DNA of 64,000 nucleotides from a virus (taxonomy: Duplodnaviria; Caudoviricetes), in IMG/VR virus record IMGVR_UViG_3300024255_001563, positions 64,001-128,000 of that record, one strand, 5' to 3'. Position numbers and translations under genes: made by a program. Position 1 is the first letter of the stretch, and every line of letters starts with the position of its first letter. Under the pieces are notes generated by a model. That model was given only the letters and a program-made list of their open reading frames with translations. It was not told the DNA's origin and did not search any database. Shown piece by piece: positions 28,084 to 37,095 of this stretch.

Positions 28084-28707
28084 TCACTGGAGTTTGTTGA
28101 TTATATTAATCAACGATTCCTTAAGATACTTTTGTGCCTTAGTGTCATGTTTTGTTGCCTGTGCTAGTTCATATGCCTTCATTCCCCCACGTGCATTTAT
28201 CAAATGTTCATAAATTGGTGTAGGATATGCACCGGGGGCGCTGGGCTGAGCCACAACGTCCACGGTGATAATTTCGAAATCAGAAACGGTGTTACTGCCG
28301 TCGTCTGATACGTTACCACTACCACGCGACGAGACGCCTAGTTTAACGCCTGCCTCAAGCATCGTTTTAACTAGGTTTCCCATTGGTGTTGGTAGTATTT
28401 TTAGTTTACCGTAACCGTTATCACCTTCCATCCACGTTTCCGTGATCATATGGCTAACACGGTCAATGTTAATATTAAGACCTTCTGGATGATCAACTTC
28501 ACCGAGAACACTGTATCCTCCAGTAATTTGATCATTGAGAGTTTTGACAGCCCTGCCGATTTCATCTACAGGATACACTCGCTGATTAGCGTTGCGAACA
28601 CCACCTTGGATCATAATACCTTTTAAATAAAGGTCTTTTCCTTCGTTGGCACCCTCAAGCACTATATTAGCTTGGTCGAATGTCAAATGCTCTTGTAAGT
28701 TTCTCAT
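28084..28707 (-). CDS. gp21: Prohead maturation protease, gp21-like
   Basis: NANQRVYP, LGEVDHP (catalytic His), LGVSSRGSG (catalytic Ser), DVVAQPSAPGAYP. Confidence 0.95.
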   Translation of the reverse strand: MRNLQEHLTFDQANIVLEGANEGKDLYLKGIMIQGGVRNANQRVYPVDEIGRAVKTLNDQITGGYSVLGEVDHPEGLNINIDRVSHMITETWMEGDNGYGKLKILPTPMGNLVKTMLEAGVKLGVSSRGSGNVSDDGSNTVSDFEIITVDVVAQPSAPGAYPTPIYEHLINARGGMKAYELAQATKHDTKAQKYLKESLINIINKLQ

Positions 28708-28723
28708 CTAGATTTCCTTACGG

Positions 28724-29719
28724 TTATTTGCCTACAACAGATTTTTTGTTGTCAGCAGTCTCAGGCTTGCCCTTTTTCTCAGCGCCGTGGCCTGGTTGCG
28801 ACTTCATTGATTTTGAAGCCTTACCGCCTGGAACATTTACATTCCCTGCGTTATCTTCTTTTTCGGCTGGGTTAGCTAATCCACCGGATGTACCGCTTTC
28901 GTCAGCTGTTTCACCTTGTACAAGATTTCCTGCTGTGCCGCCCATATCGTTTTTACCTGCTACTGCTGACTTAGTGTTTGCACCGTTGTCACCCATTGTA
29001 GCTGATACTTTTTCTACATACTCACGCATTTGTTCGCCTGCGCTTTTTACTGATTCGTCCATGTCTTTAGCTGCATCACCATACTTCTTTTCAAATTCTG
29101 CTTTTGACATGTTTTCTTTGTCTTTGATCATCTGCTCTGAATGACCACCTTCTTCGATTTCAGTGTCGTCTGACTCGTCAACTTCTTCGTCGGTTGCTTC
29201 AAACGCAAATGCTTCTTCTGGCTCTTCTTCACCTTCGTCGTCGCCCATGTCATCCATGTCGTCGTCGCCTTCGTCGTCGCCAGCCATCATTTTTTCAAAT
29301 TCTGCTTTTAGGTCGTCTAGTGCGTCTTCTAGGTCTTCAACACGATCTTCAACATCGCCTTCGCCTTCTTCGTCGCCTTCGTCGTCGCCATCTTCGATGT
29401 CACCTATCATGTTGTCTGCTGCATCGCCACCTATATCCATTGGATCTGCTTCTACTTCAAACTCGTCTAGGTCAAAACCTTCTTCAACTTCTTCGTCAGT
29501 TGCTTCATCTAGGTCTTCATCTGATTCATCTACTTCTTCATCAGTTGCTTCTTCAACTTCGTCATCTGACTCGTCTACTTCTGCTTCATCTTCGAGTAGT
29601 GATTCATATATATCTCTTGATTTTTCTACCACAATCTCGTGGAATAATGCTTCTGCACCATCTTTATCTTCGTTGATAAGAAGGTCGAGCATTTCTTCGA
29701 ATTTATTACGATCTGCCAT
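28724..29719 (-). CDS. Highly acidic prohead core/internal protein (gp67/gp68-like position)
   Basis: Tandem EATDEEVDES-type repeats; lies immediately upstream of the protease gene; own late promoter. Confidence 0.7.
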   Translation of the reverse strand: MADRNKFEEMLDLLINEDKDGAEALFHEIVVEKSRDIYESLLEDEAEVDESDDEVEEATDEEVDESDEDLDEATDEEVEEGFDLDEFEVEADPMDIGGDAADNMIGDIEDGDDEGDEEGEGDVEDRVEDLEDALDDLKAEFEKMMAGDDEGDDDMDDMGDDEGEEEPEEAFAFEATDEEVDESDDTEIEEGGHSEQMIKDKENMSKAEFEKKYGDAAKDMDESVKSAGEQMREYVEKVSATMGDNGANTKSAVAGKNDMGGTAGNLVQGETADESGTSGGLANPAEKEDNAGNVNVPGGKASKSMKSQPGHGAEKKGKPETADNKKSVVGK

Positions 29720-29772
29720 ATCTATCTCCTATAAATTTTATCACACTTAACCAGTGTGGGGCTGTCATAATG

Positions 29773-29780
29773 TATTTACT
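29773..29780 (-). promoter_or_regulatory. T4-like late promoter for core/protease/scaffold/capsid genes
   Basis: AGTAAATA, followed by a leader hairpin CACAC-tggttaa-GTGTG and SD AGGAG. Confidence 0.65.
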
Positions 29781-29828
29781 TAATAGATATAAAAGTGCGC
29801 AGAAATAGGCTCAAAACAGGCCATTTAT

Positions 29829-30605
29829 TCACGAGTTAGTAGTTTCTTCAATAATTTCTATAAAACTCTTAACATTTATGTGTTTTAAATTCTTAAATTT
29901 AGCTAAATCTTTTGGTATATACGAGTCATCTTCAATAACTCTTACATAATTTATTTTTGGGTTTGTTTGTATAACACTTGATGTTTGACGCATCCAGTTT
30001 CCAAAGAAGGTTGCACTATCGGTAGATTTTTTATAATTTGCAGTGTTTGAATATACATTATTAAAATGTTTGCCATCATTTAATCCTCTATAATCAAATC
30101 CTAAAATATAAATTGTTTCATACTTGTGTTCTGAAGCTAACCATAATGCAGTAGGACCACTACTCCAACCTTTACTCGGATTAAAATAATTAAAATGTTT
30201 AAATTTTACATATGACCTGTTTGGATTTGTCCAAACTTCATTTTTCTTTTGATATCCTGATTTATTAATTTCTAATATCATTTTAGTATCAACAGCAACT
30301 AAGTAATCAGGTTTATAATGTCTATAAAGAGCATTACATCCGTAAACTCTTCCCATCTGTTGCAAAGGTGACAATGGAATATTAGCTCTGCTAGTACCGT
30401 TACCTAATACAAAGGCAATTTTACCTTTGCTTTCTTCTTTTTTATATTTGTTTTGATTTTCTAAATTGTCGCTTATTGTATTAACTTGAACTTGTTTTTT
30501 TGCAGCTTCGCGACTTTCTCTTTCTTGCTGCTTTGTCTTTTTTCTTTGTTCTTTGATAACTTTCCACTGAGACTTTGTGTATTGAGACTTATCTAGTTTT
30601 ACCAT
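29829..30605 (-). CDS. DUF115/Maf-like (sialyltransferase-fold) putative glycosyltransferase with basic N-terminal extension
   Basis: AFVLGNGTS...YGCNALY...DYLVAVD...WSSGPTAL...IYILGFD matches the GNGPS and LGFD motifs of this fold. Confidence 0.6.
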   Translation of the reverse strand: MVKLDKSQYTKSQWKVIKEQRKKTKQQERESREAAKKQVQVNTISDNLENQNKYKKEESKGKIAFVLGNGTSRANIPLSPLQQMGRVYGCNALYRHYKPDYLVAVDTKMILEINKSGYQKKNEVWTNPNRSYVKFKHFNYFNPSKGWSSGPTALWLASEHKYETIYILGFDYRGLNDGKHFNNVYSNTANYKKSTDSATFFGNWMRQTSSVIQTNPKINYVRVIEDDSYIPKDLAKFKNLKHINVKSFIEIIEETTNS

Positions 30606-30607
30606 TA

Positions 30608-30853
30608 TTAAACACCTGCTTCAGCATTAGATTGTATGCCATACATTTGTCTAACAAATACTAGTTCCTTCTCCTGTTCTTCTTTGTGAAATTCACTAGC
30701 TTTTCTTATTTTATTAATTTGGCTTAATGTTAATCTTGTTTTTCTTGTATCGTCATAATCTACTGGAGATTCATCAGATGCAGGATCGTAAGTAGTGTCA
30801 TCTACTGTCTCTAAAGTTTCTTTGTCAAAATAAAATAATTCACGTAGTATCAT
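30608..30853 (-). CDS. Small head-module protein (81 aa)
   Basis: Directly after the portal gene with its own late promoter; RKTRLTLSQINKIRK helix. Confidence 0.65.
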   Translation of the reverse strand: MILRELFYFDKETLETVDDTTYDPASDESPVDYDDTRKTRLTLSQINKIRKASEFHKEEQEKELVFVRQMYGIQSNAEAGV

Positions 30854-30858
30854 GTTAG

Positions 30859-30866
30859 TATTTATA
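30859..30866 (-). promoter_or_regulatory. T4-like late promoter overlapping portal stop codon
   Basis: TATAAATA, perfect T4 consensus. Confidence 0.75.
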
Positions 30867-32607
30867 CAGTTTGGCTAGTTGTTGTTGTTTCTGATCCTTG
30901 ACTATCAGTTGCACTAGAAGGACCATCTTCTGCTCCGCCTTCGATAGGAGTAACATCTCCTTCTAGTTCATCTTCTGCGCCAGTTAAATCGTCAGATATG
31001 CCTGCACCTGTAATTCCTTCGCTTCTAAGTTCTCCGCTAGCATCAGTTCCGTCTGCTGGCATTATGTCTTCATTTTCTTGTCGCCACAAGCGTTCGTTTT
31101 CTGCAACTTCTTCATCAGTCATTCCTAAGAACCTTTTTAGTGCAAATCTATTTGAAATATAAGGGATAGCACTCATTTGTGTGTATGTTGGTACACGAGC
31201 ATTATCAATTTCACTTTGACGATATGCAGCAAAGTTTTGTGGCGGTTGGAATCTAATATCAAACATTGAAGTATCAATGTTTATACCTTTTTCAAGTAAG
31301 TAGCGTTTAAACTCTGTGTTAAATTCTTCAATCACTAAGTTTTGTAAACGTTCACAGTAAGTATTAAATCTTAATTCTTGAATATATGCTGTACCCACTC
31401 TACCGTCATTATATTGGGCGGCACTGTCGTCAGCACCAGTTGGTAGGTAACTACTAGGTATACGCAAACCTCTAACCAATTTATTTGTGAAATATCTAAG
31501 GTCATCAATCTCTCCTAGGTTAGTACCGCCTGGTAGTGTTTCAACTTTTGATCCACGGCCTTCTGCTGTCTGTGGAAAAAAGTAATCTTCGTTGATTGAC
31601 AGAGGATTATATGAACTGTCTATGACATTTGATCCACCTCCTGTCGACGATGGGATACGTCTTTGATGTATTTCCGTTTTAACACGTTCCACAAATTGCA
31701 TAGCAAGGTGTGATGGCATGTTGCCCACATCAACGTAGAATACTCTGCGCTCTGGCGCACGTTGTACACGATAGATAATAATAGCATCTTCGAGTAATTC
31801 TTTTTGTTTGTATACTTTAAAAATAGTTTCAAGTAAACTATTACCAAAAGGAAAGTTGTTGTCTAAGCCTTCTGATAAACTTAAATGAACAACATGTTCA
31901 GCATCAACAGTGATTTCGTTTTCTTCTCTATGAAATCTGCTACCACTGGTCGATGTTTGAGGTTGTCCTACCATACCCCTTGCACCGCCGGAAGGTTGAT
32001 ACTGAGGATTACTGCTAGTAATATTACTTCCTGTTTGATAAGGAGATGTCATTACATTATCTTTAAAATTAATATTAAAGTTTTTAATTACATATTGTTC
32101 AGGAGTTTTGCCTTGAGATTCATTTACAATAATACTCGATACGTTTGCAGGATCTACATGAAACCATTTTTTAGTTTCTGGATCTCTTACAAAAAATTGA
32201 TCTCCATACTTGAATACATTTCTTAGCACTCTAAACATTTTTGTATCAAAAGAATTTAGTCTACACCATTGCTGTAGATATTTTTGTATAATTGTAGTTT
32301 CTGAATTTGTAGCTTGTTGTTTAAAGTCAATTTTAAAATGTGTATCATTTGACTTGTGTTTCTGTGTACAAAATTCAGCAAGGATATCTAATGCAGCATT
32401 TACTTCTGAATCTAAATCCATTGTATTATATTGACCGTAACGTTCAACACGATTCGGTGACCCAACATATACATCAGGTAAGTACGAACTATAATTAGTC
32501 CTAGCCGGACCTGCTTGAGAATTCGTATTCTTTGAACTCAAAGGAGAATATGTACCAGAAGGATTATCTCCTGTCGGCACCGGTGTAAAATATTTTTTCC
32601 AACTCAT
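30862..32607 (-). CDS. gp20: Portal protein, T4 gp20-like
   Basis: EVNAALDI, LLEDAIIIYRVQRAPERRVFYVDVGNMP, EDYFFPQTAEGRGSKVETLPGG, QELRFN. Confidence 0.97.
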   Translation of the reverse strand: MSWKKYFTPVPTGDNPSGTYSPLSSKNTNSQAGPARTNYSSYLPDVYVGSPNRVERYGQYNTMDLDSEVNAALDILAEFCTQKHKSNDTHFKIDFKQQATNSETTIIQKYLQQWCRLNSFDTKMFRVLRNVFKYGDQFFVRDPETKKWFHVDPANVSSIIVNESQGKTPEQYVIKNFNINFKDNVMTSPYQTGSNITSSNPQYQPSGGARGMVGQPQTSTSGSRFHREENEITVDAEHVVHLSLSEGLDNNFPFGNSLLETIFKVYKQKELLEDAIIIYRVQRAPERRVFYVDVGNMPSHLAMQFVERVKTEIHQRRIPSSTGGGSNVIDSSYNPLSINEDYFFPQTAEGRGSKVETLPGGTNLGEIDDLRYFTNKLVRGLRIPSSYLPTGADDSAAQYNDGRVGTAYIQELRFNTYCERLQNLVIEEFNTEFKRYLLEKGINIDTSMFDIRFQPPQNFAAYRQSEIDNARVPTYTQMSAIPYISNRFALKRFLGMTDEEVAENERLWRQENEDIMPADGTDASGELRSEGITGAGISDDLTGAEDELEGDVTPIEGGAEDGPSSATDSQGSETTTTSQTV

Positions 32608-32618
32608 TTAATTCTCCG

Positions 32619-34949
32619 TTATCTTAAAACTGTGCCTCTAATAGTATTAGAGCCTATACCTCTTATACTTCTGGACATATCTTTTTCAACTGTGTATGTT
32701 TTTTCAAGAACACTTAAAACGTGTCTCATAGTATTATTTAATTCCTGTATTGAACCACTTGATGCACTATTATAACTGCTATTCATTGCATTGTCAAGTA
32801 CTTTTCCTTCAGGACTATTTCTAGGAACAACTGCTTCGTTGCCGTGAAGTACTGAAAGTGTGCCTCTACCAAAATCTTTAAATCCTCCAGTGCCATTAGC
32901 ATAAGTGTTATTCACTAGTGCGTTATACACTTTGTTTACAAGTTCTGTTTCCTGTTCAGTAAGTCCGCCTTCACTAGTACGTCTTTTTTCAAGTTCATTT
33001 ATTGCTTGCTCTGTAACCCATGCCGGGTTCACCGGAAGGGTTATAGATTGCCCATATCCTGTTTCTGTGTACGTTGTACTTGTACCAGTTGCAGCAGCTA
33101 AATCTTTATATAGTTGAGATCCAGCATCAAGTCCGCCACCGATATCAGATAAATTAAAGACTCCTTTGCCTGTTAAGTCTTTTAGTTGTCCTTCAGCAGT
33201 TCCTGTATCTATACCAAATACTATTTTATTAAACGCTCTTGCAAACTGACTAGCCATCATATCAAACAACTTATCCATTATAGGCTTTAATGTTGCAGAA
33301 ATATCTGCCCAGAGATCGTCTATAGCTTTTTTAGGATCTGTATCAAAATCAGTAAAGAATTTTTGTAATCTGACATTAAGTTTTTGCATTTGTCCTGTGA
33401 TATATGCTATTGCAACACTAAATCTTGACCCTTCACCCGTTTCGTCTGCTGTAAACCCGCGCATCCACTCAGTAAAACTCTGAAGTGCAGGAGTAATTGC
33501 AGTATCAAGAAAAGGATTAACTAATTGTTCTTGAAGTGCTTTTCGTGTATCACCTAAAGATCTTCTAAACAATACTACTGCATCTCTTTCTTCGTTTGCT
33601 GTTTTAATGACTCCTTCATTGAAGTCTTTAATAAATGCCTCTTTCATAAAACTAAATGTACCGTCGGAATTTTCTTTTATGTAGTTTGATAACTGATCTA
33701 CCGATAAGTTTAGATTAGATAGTAGCGTAGCCGGAACACCGTCTATACCAGCTGCACCTGCTTTTATTAATGCTAAATTATCAGCACTTGCTGTTAATTG
33801 TGCTTCTAATTGAGCAGCTATTCTTTCACCTCTGGTTTTAGTCATAGTTTCGCTTGTTAGTTGACCTTTTAGTATTGCATCTAAATCATTTTTTAACAAT
33901 GTAAATGATTCTTTTTGTAGTGTCTGAAATACTTTCTGTTCTTCACTGATTGCTGGCATTCCTAAGAAACTTAATTTAATACTATCTACACCAGCTTGAC
34001 CCATTGTTTCTGCTGCTTCTGACATTAACTTATCTAGTGCAGCTCGTTGTTCAGGTTCTAATCTAGCTCTTTCCATTTGAAATGCAATATCTGCTTGTGC
34101 TAGTGCTAATTGTTCTTGTTGTGTTTTAATATCTTTACCAGTTAATTTTGCAAGTGTTGCAAAATTTTCAGTCAACGCTGCTGCTGCTAGTGCTTGTTCT
34201 TGTGCAGTTCTTTGTTCGCCTGCTCTACCTGCTCTGTCAATATATTGATAGTATGCCAACTGTTCGGCAACTTCATCAGTGGTTATACCTAATGCTCCAA
34301 ACTTTAACATTAATTCGTCGCTTATTGCACTTTGTAACTGACGTGTACTTCGCACGCCGCCATCTACTGTGCCGCCAAAGGCTGCCATTCTTTGTGAATT
34401 TTGTCCTACAAAATTAGATAGCGTACCAAGATCCATATATAGATCTTTTGCTGCCATTCTAAGATCACCTAAGTCGCCGCCAAAACTACCACCAACTTTA
34501 CTTAAATTTGCAAATGTATCATATGATTCATCTATTTGACTTGTAAAAAACGCAAGTCCTTGGCCTATTATCGGAATATGCCTTGCAAAATCAGTAATCT
34601 GAACAGTTGATCCTAATAATTCTTTTGTAAATCCTAGAAGAGTATCTACAGCCATATCTAAACCAGCTGAAAATACTCCTAGTGCCCCTTTTCCTAGTTG
34701 ACTTAGTTTACTAGCACTCTCGTCAACTGCATCAGTATGACTTTCTAATGCCTTTCTATTTGTATCAACAGTCTTAACACTATTTTTTATAGATGTATCA
34801 TACAGATTCATAGTTTTAGCTACTGATGATTTAGGATCGGCTCCTTGTTTACGTGCAAGAGCTTCAATTGCACCTACAAGTTTCTGTAGTGTTGCTTCAC
34901 TTGCAACACCGTCGCCACCTACATTTAAAATATTTGATTCTTCAGCCAA
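32619..34949 (-). CDS. Tape-measure-like protein (776 aa, TTG start)
   Basis: Long Ala/Gln/Leu helical protein ending in ANGTGGFKDFGRGTLSVLHGNEAVVP, a motif typical of tape-measure C-termini; divergent from the gp26-like gene. Confidence 0.75.
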   Translation of the reverse strand: MAEESNILNVGGDGVASEATLQKLVGAIEALARKQGADPKSSVAKTMNLYDTSIKNSVKTVDTNRKALESHTDAVDESASKLSQLGKGALGVFSAGLDMAVDTLLGFTKELLGSTVQITDFARHIPIIGQGLAFFTSQIDESYDTFANLSKVGGSFGGDLGDLRMAAKDLYMDLGTLSNFVGQNSQRMAAFGGTVDGGVRSTRQLQSAISDELMLKFGALGITTDEVAEQLAYYQYIDRAGRAGEQRTAQEQALAAAALTENFATLAKLTGKDIKTQQEQLALAQADIAFQMERARLEPEQRAALDKLMSEAAETMGQAGVDSIKLSFLGMPAISEEQKVFQTLQKESFTLLKNDLDAILKGQLTSETMTKTRGERIAAQLEAQLTASADNLALIKAGAAGIDGVPATLLSNLNLSVDQLSNYIKENSDGTFSFMKEAFIKDFNEGVIKTANEERDAVVLFRRSLGDTRKALQEQLVNPFLDTAITPALQSFTEWMRGFTADETGEGSRFSVAIAYITGQMQKLNVRLQKFFTDFDTDPKKAIDDLWADISATLKPIMDKLFDMMASQFARAFNKIVFGIDTGTAEGQLKDLTGKGVFNLSDIGGGLDAGSQLYKDLAAATGTSTTYTETGYGQSITLPVNPAWVTEQAINELEKRRTSEGGLTEQETELVNKVYNALVNNTYANGTGGFKDFGRGTLSVLHGNEAVVPRNSPEGKVLDNAMNSSYNSASSGSIQELNNTMRHVLSVLEKTYTVEKDMSRSIRGIGSNTIRGTVLR

Positions 34950-34975
34950 AAGACATGTTTTCCATTATATGCGCA

Positions 34976-35014
34976 CATAAATATACTGTATATATACTTA
35001 TAGTATTATTTATC
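34976..35014. promoter_or_regulatory. Face-to-face pair of late promoters
   Basis: CATAAATA on plus (34976-34983) and GATAAATA on minus (35007-35014). Confidence 0.65.
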
Positions 35015-35025
35015 CGGAGAACACA

Positions 35026-35889
35026 ATGCAGGAAATTCAACCAAGTGGGTCTAACCCATTAAGAAAATACTTTCGGCAACCTAAATTATATTTAGAATTG
35101 CCTAGTAAGGGTAGATTCTACCCAGAAGGCTCAATAGATATGCCTGAAAATGGAGAATTGCCAGTATTTCCCATGACAGCAAAAGACGAACTAACTATGA
35201 AAACTCCTGATGCACTAATGAACGGGCAAGCTACTGTTGATCTTGTAAAAAGCTGTGTGCCAAATATTATTGATCCTTGGAAAATGCCTTCAATTGATCT
35301 TGATACTATTTTAATAGCTATTAGAATAGCTACATTTGGACCAGAACTATCTGTTACACAAGTAATACCAGGATTAAATGAAGAAAGGTCCTTTAGTGTA
35401 GATTTAAGATATACTTTAGAAAAGTTTTCAAGAATAAATTATGTTAACGAAATTGAAGTTGACAATATGTTAGTAAAACTATCTCCACTAACGTATAGAC
35501 AATTTACTGATAGTAGTATGAAAACATTTGAAGAGCAAAGAATATTTGCATCTGTAAACAGTAAAACTATGACAGAAGTTGAAAAAATGGAAAAGTTTAG
35601 TACTAGTTTCCGTAAGCTTACTGAACTAACAGTAGGCATGATGATAGACAGTATAGAATCTATCACAGTTGACGACAACATAGTAGATAACAAAACATTT
35701 ATAAAAGAATTTATTGATAATGCTGATAAGAACGTATTTTCCACTGTTTTAGATCATTTAGAAGCACAAAAAAATTCATTTGTAATGGAACCATTACAAG
35801 TTACGTTTAATGAAGAAGATGTAGCTAACGGTGCACCTAAAAATATGGAAATTCCTCTATCTTTTGATCAATCAAATTTTTTCGTGTAA
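35026..35889 (+). CDS. Baseplate hub/tail assembly chaperone, T4 gp26-like
   Basis: LPSKGRFYP...PMTAKDELTMKTPDALMNG...DLDTILIAIRIATFG motif. Confidence 0.8.
   Translation: MQEIQPSGSNPLRKYFRQPKLYLELPSKGRFYPEGSIDMPENGELPVFPMTAKDELTMKTPDALMNGQATVDLVKSCVPNIIDPWKMPSIDLDTILIAIRIATFGPELSVTQVIPGLNEERSFSVDLRYTLEKFSRINYVNEIEVDNMLVKLSPLTYRQFTDSSMKTFEEQRIFASVNSKTMTEVEKMEKFSTSFRKLTELTVGMMIDSIESITVDDNIVDNKTFIKEFIDNADKNVFSTVLDHLEAQKNSFVMEPLQVTFNEEDVANGAPKNMEIPLSFDQSNFFV
35874..35883 (+). promoter_or_regulatory. Candidate -1 ribosomal frameshift site (A AAT TTT / T TTT TTC)
   Basis: Two overlapping XXXYYYZ heptamers just before the TAA stop; the -1 frame is open (RVSIISTG) into ATG 35907. Confidence 0.7.
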
Positions 35890-35906
35890 GTATTATATCT
35901 ACAGGT

Positions 35907-36113
35907 ATGGAAGAAATTCTAGATCTAATGAAACAAATGGAATTAGATCAAAAAAATCTAAAACATGAACTATATAAATTGTGTTGGTATATGCGGGGAA
36001 GTGTTTCTGCAGACGAAGCTTTCACTATGTGTATAGAAGATAGAGAAATTATCGGTAAAATAATAGCAGAAAATTTAGAAACAACTAAAAATACAAATTT
36101 ACCGTTTTATTAA
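35907..36113 (+). CDS. Small tail-assembly ORF (68 aa), probably the C-terminal part of a frameshift fusion
   Basis: LYKLCWYMRGSVSADEAFTMCIEDREII; no well-spaced SD before ATG 35907. Confidence 0.65.
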   Translation: MEEILDLMKQMELDQKNLKHELYKLCWYMRGSVSADEAFTMCIEDREIIGKIIAENLETTKNTNLPFY

Positions 36114-36583
36114 CTATATTTTTTTAGTATTGCTTTAGCTAATGCTACTTTTTCACTATCTGACATTTTACTTACAACATTAACAACATTAGCCGGAACT
36201 TTTGGCTTGTTAGATACTTTATTTCCTTTTGGAGTAACCTTTGGTGCAGCGGATTTTTTAGGAGTCGGTGCTTTGAATGGAAGCGCCATTGCTTTTTGAG
36301 CAACATCTCTAAATACCTTCTTTAGATTTGGCTTTGCTGTAGTATCTAGTTTACTAGTGTCAACTTTTTTATAAGAAAGAAAATCTATAATATCTTGCCA
36401 AACTACTTGATTTAGTTTTTTGCCTTGTGTTCCCATATATCCTGCAAATTCACTGTTTAATTTATCAGCAGTTGCAATCATATCTTTTTTGCCAGCTTTC
36501 TGAGCTTTACTCATAGTACGAGCTCTTTTAGTTAAAGGGATAAACTCTACTAATTCTTCATTTAAGATATCATTTATTTTCAT
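36110..36583 (-). CDS. Late hypothetical protein (157 aa), possible internal head protein
   Basis: Perfect TATAAATA promoter; MKINDILNEELVE leader resembles gp21-type cleavage sites; Lys/Pro-rich body. Confidence 0.55.
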   Translation of the reverse strand: MKINDILNEELVEFIPLTKRARTMSKAQKAGKKDMIATADKLNSEFAGYMGTQGKKLNQVVWQDIIDFLSYKKVDTSKLDTTAKPNLKKVFRDVAQKAMALPFKAPTPKKSAAPKVTPKGNKVSNKPKVPANVVNVVSKMSDSEKVALAKAILKKYS

Positions 36584-36607
36584 TTTCTAATAACCTTTTG
36601 TGTATAG

Positions 36608-36615
36608 TATTTATA
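36608..36615 (-). promoter_or_regulatory. T4-like late promoter
   Basis: TATAAATA upstream of 36110..36583. Confidence 0.75.
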
Positions 36616-36715
36616 TATCTACTCCGTAGATATAAGTTTTCGCTAACGCTCAAACTACAAACTTTTTTCTTAATACATAATTTATATAGAAAGCATTAAT
36701 ACGAATGTATTAATG
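36614..36715. repeat. AT-rich tract with two 9-bp inverted repeats
   Basis: TATATCTAC-tcc-GTAGATATA (36614-36634) and CATTAATAC-gaat-GTATTAATG (36694-36715). Confidence 0.7.
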
Positions 36716-36719
36716 TTTA

Positions 36720-37095
36720 AGTTTCATGTAGATTGTTTCAGTCAGACGGAACCTGTTACGGTCCCATCTAATCTCAAAATGCGCTTCATGTGAGTCTGCA
36801 CCAGCCGAGACATTGGAAGTAGGTAATTGTTTATACACAAAGTACAATGGGCTCTGACCTTTCCCAACCTACGTCGACATCGCTGTTTCCAGCTACCTCT
36901 CGCTTCGTTCCTATTGCTAAAGAGTTTTTATGTACTGTGTTTGTGTTTTTCGACTGCCAACAAAACAATCTATATCAACCAGTGAGCCCAATTTGTTTGG
37001 TGGCTTCCTACCTCTGGGTAGTCGATCAATATGTTACGTGTGCTTCTATACGAGAGCTTTTTCCACAGCGGTATTAGTAAACTGGCCCGCTAACC
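36720..37095 (-). ncRNA. Candidate large structured RNA downstream of GIY-YIG gene
   Basis: No credible ORF; 10-, 7- and 6-bp long-range inverted repeats, a GAAA tetraloop hairpin, and a 12-bp hairpin whose G-U pairs form only on the minus strand. Confidence 0.55.

Noticed and set aside
29163-29750. Ser-rich 195-aa and Leu/Arg-rich 160-aa plus-strand ORFs
   Set aside because: Antisense shadows of the GAA/GAC-rich acidic protein gene.
34985-35003. LexA/SOS box (CTGTATATATAC...)
   Set aside because: Only one half-site; the CAG half is missing.
36600-37095. CRISPR mini-array or group I/II intron
   Set aside because: No regularly spaced direct repeats. No recognisable group I P7 or group II domain V sequence, and the flanking genes look intact rather than interrupted.
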